Shown piece by piece: positions 61,935 to 64,000 of a DNA stretch of 64,000 nt. Within the stretch, counting starts at the first letter, position 1. The number at the start of each line of letters is the position of its first letter. Origin of the DNA: Mobula hypostoma (lineage: Eukaryota); assembly GCF_963921235.1 (NCBI RefSeq), contig NC_086097.1, positions 187,304,001-187,368,000 on the forward strand, given 5' to 3'. The notes beneath the pieces are model-generated. The model did not search any database. It saw nothing but the letters and a program-made list of their open reading frames with translations, and was not told the DNA's origin. The translations under genes were made by a program, and so were the position numbers.

Positions 61935-63135
61935 CCCACCACCAAAACCAACGTCTCCAACAGGAACCCACCACCAGTTACATCGTTCCCTCCCCCCTCC
62001 CACTTTTTGCTTTCCCTACATGACTCCCTTGTCCAATCAAGCTTCCCTACTGATCTCCCTTATAATAAAAACATAAGAACATAAGAAATAGGAGCAGGAG
62101 TAGGATATCTGGCCCATCGAGCCTGCCCTGCCATTCAATAAAATCATGGCTGATCTGTCCGTAAACTCAGCTCCATCTACCTGCCTTTTCCCCATAACCC
62201 TTAATTCCCTTACTATGTAAAAACCTATCTAACTGTTTCTTAAATATATTTAGTGAAGAAGCCTCAACTGCTTCCCTGGGCAGAAAATTCCACAGATTCA
62301 TCACTCTCTGGGAAAAACAGTTTCTTCTCATCTCCTAGCACTTATCCTTGCAAGTGGAACAAGTGCTACACCTGCCCCTACACCACCTCCATCACTACTA
62401 TTCAGGGCTTCAAACCATCCTTCCAGGTGAGGGAACACTTCACCTGTGAGTCTGTTGGGGTTATCTACTGTCTCCGTTGCTCCCAGTGTGGTCTTCTGAA
62501 TATCAGAGACACCCAGCGTAGATAGGGGGACCACTTCGCCGTGCACCAGAAAAAGCAGTATCTTCCAGTGGCCATCCATTTTTAATCTACTTCCTATTTC
62601 CATTCCAACATGTCAGTCCATGGTCTCCTCTACTGCTGCGATGAGGCCACACTCAGGTAGGCAGAGCAAAATTTTATTCTCCATCTGGGTAGCCTCAAAC
62701 CTGATAGCATGAACATCGATTTCTCAAACGTCTGGTAATGTTCTCTCCACCACTCTCCTTTACCATACTCCATTCTCATTTCCCTCTCTCACCTTATCTC
62801 CTTACCTGCCCATCACCTCCCTCTGGTGCTCCTCCCCCTTCCCTTTCCTCTATGGCCTTTTGTCCTCCTATCAGATTCCCCTTTTTCCAGCCCTTTATCT
62901 CTTTCACCAATCGACTTCCCAGCTCTTCACTTCACCCCTGCCACCCCCCCCACCCACCTCGGTTTCACCTATCACCTACTACCTGGTATTTCTTCCTCCC
63001 CTCCCCCATCTTCTTATGACTTCATCTTTTTCTCCAGTCCTGATTAAAGGCTTTGGCACAAAATGCCAACAGTACTCTTTTCCAGCATTCTGTGTGTTGC
63101 TTGGATTTCTAACATTTGCAGATTTTCTCTTGCTG
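61935..63135 (+). mobile_element. Decayed Penelope GIY-YIG and pseudo-LTR, with a CR1 3' end (about 62065-62335, minus) inserted
   Basis: TYPCKWNKCYTCPY..FQVREHFTCESVGVIYCLRCSQCGLLNI; aacataagaacataag tail. Confidence 0.85.
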
Positions 63136-63324
63136 CTGATCGTTCCTTGATGAGTCACGATGTCAAAGGTTACGGGAAGAATGCAGGAGAATGGGAATGA
63201 GAGGGATAATGAATCAGCCGCAATGAACTGGCAGATCAGACACGATGGGCCAAATGGCCGGATTCTCCTCCTATGTCTTATGATGTTATATATGAGTACA
63301 ACTGGACAACAGTCATTGAGGAAG

Positions 63325-63850
63325 CTCACTCAACTCTTCTAGGACACTAGGATGATTGAAGCAGATGGGGACTTCCAACTGCAGCAGTGAGAGATTGAAG
63401 ATGTTGTTGAACACCTCCACTAGTAGATTGGCACAGGTTTTCAGTGCCTACCAGGTACAGCACCAGGGCCTGATGCCTTGCGAGGCTTCATCTTTGATGT
63501 TCTGACATCAATCTCCCAGACCAAGATTACAGGGTCACGAGATGCTGCAGGGATTCACATAGTGTGGTCTTATTCTCCACTTCAAAGTTTGCATAAAAGG
63601 TGATGAGCTCATGTGAAAGTGAAGCATCACAGCCGTTCATGATGTTCGGTTTCACCTTGTAATATGTAATGGTTTGAAAACCCTGCCTAGACTGATGTGC
63701 ATCCGATTCCCTCTATCATTCCCATTGGAACTGCTTTTTCACTCTTAATATAGCATTCTATAGGTATACTACTTGTATCGTTCTTGTATAGGTCTTGAAC
63801 ACTACAGATCTACCCTCAACAGACTGTGAATCTCCTTGGTCATTGAAGTA
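63325..63850 (-). mobile_element. Decayed Rex1-like EN-RT linker fragment
   Basis: Reverse complement resembles 25740-26240 (NGCDASLSHELITFYANF, KASGPGAVPG). Confidence 0.65.
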
Positions 63851-64000
63851 TCTTAAGCTCTGAGGATTTACATTGAGAAATTCTACAAAGTTTGGGTTAT
63901 ATCTTGAGACACTGATCAGCACTACATGACTCTTCTTTTTACATTGAAGCTCCCAGGTAACGTCCTGCCAGTATCATCTATAGGTAGTTGTGGAGGGATT

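Overview
A repeat-saturated vertebrate intergenic or intronic window, most likely from a cartilaginous fish (ray/shark; inferred from the repeat mix). No intact host gene could be supported. It contains many decayed CR1 LINEs (one retains an SGNH-esterase ORF1), Rex1/Babar-type and RTE LINEs, Penelope-like elements, tRNA-derived SINEs, DNA transposon relics (mariner MITE, Tigger, probable Chapaev3) and several Gypsy LTR elements and solo LTRs. Main highlight: a 3.3-kb non-autonomous Gypsy element (52241-55577; 694-bp LTRs, TTTA target-site duplication) carries an intronless, internally deleted sarcomeric myosin heavy-chain rod fragment most like MYH16. This fragment is in register with a PNMA-type gag and pol vestiges, suggesting a captured host mRNA and an ancestral Gag-myosin coiled-coil fusion ORF. 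Second: a very young 4.8-kb Gmr1-like element (11505-16328) has one open 959-aa ORF with Gag(SCAN, CCHC)-protease but only in-frame scraps of IN/RT. Third: Penelope insertions share an inverted architecture, with 14-bp TSDs in the two young copies and minimal hammerhead ribozymes in both arms. All homology calls were made by eye from remembered family motifs and need alignment confirmation.
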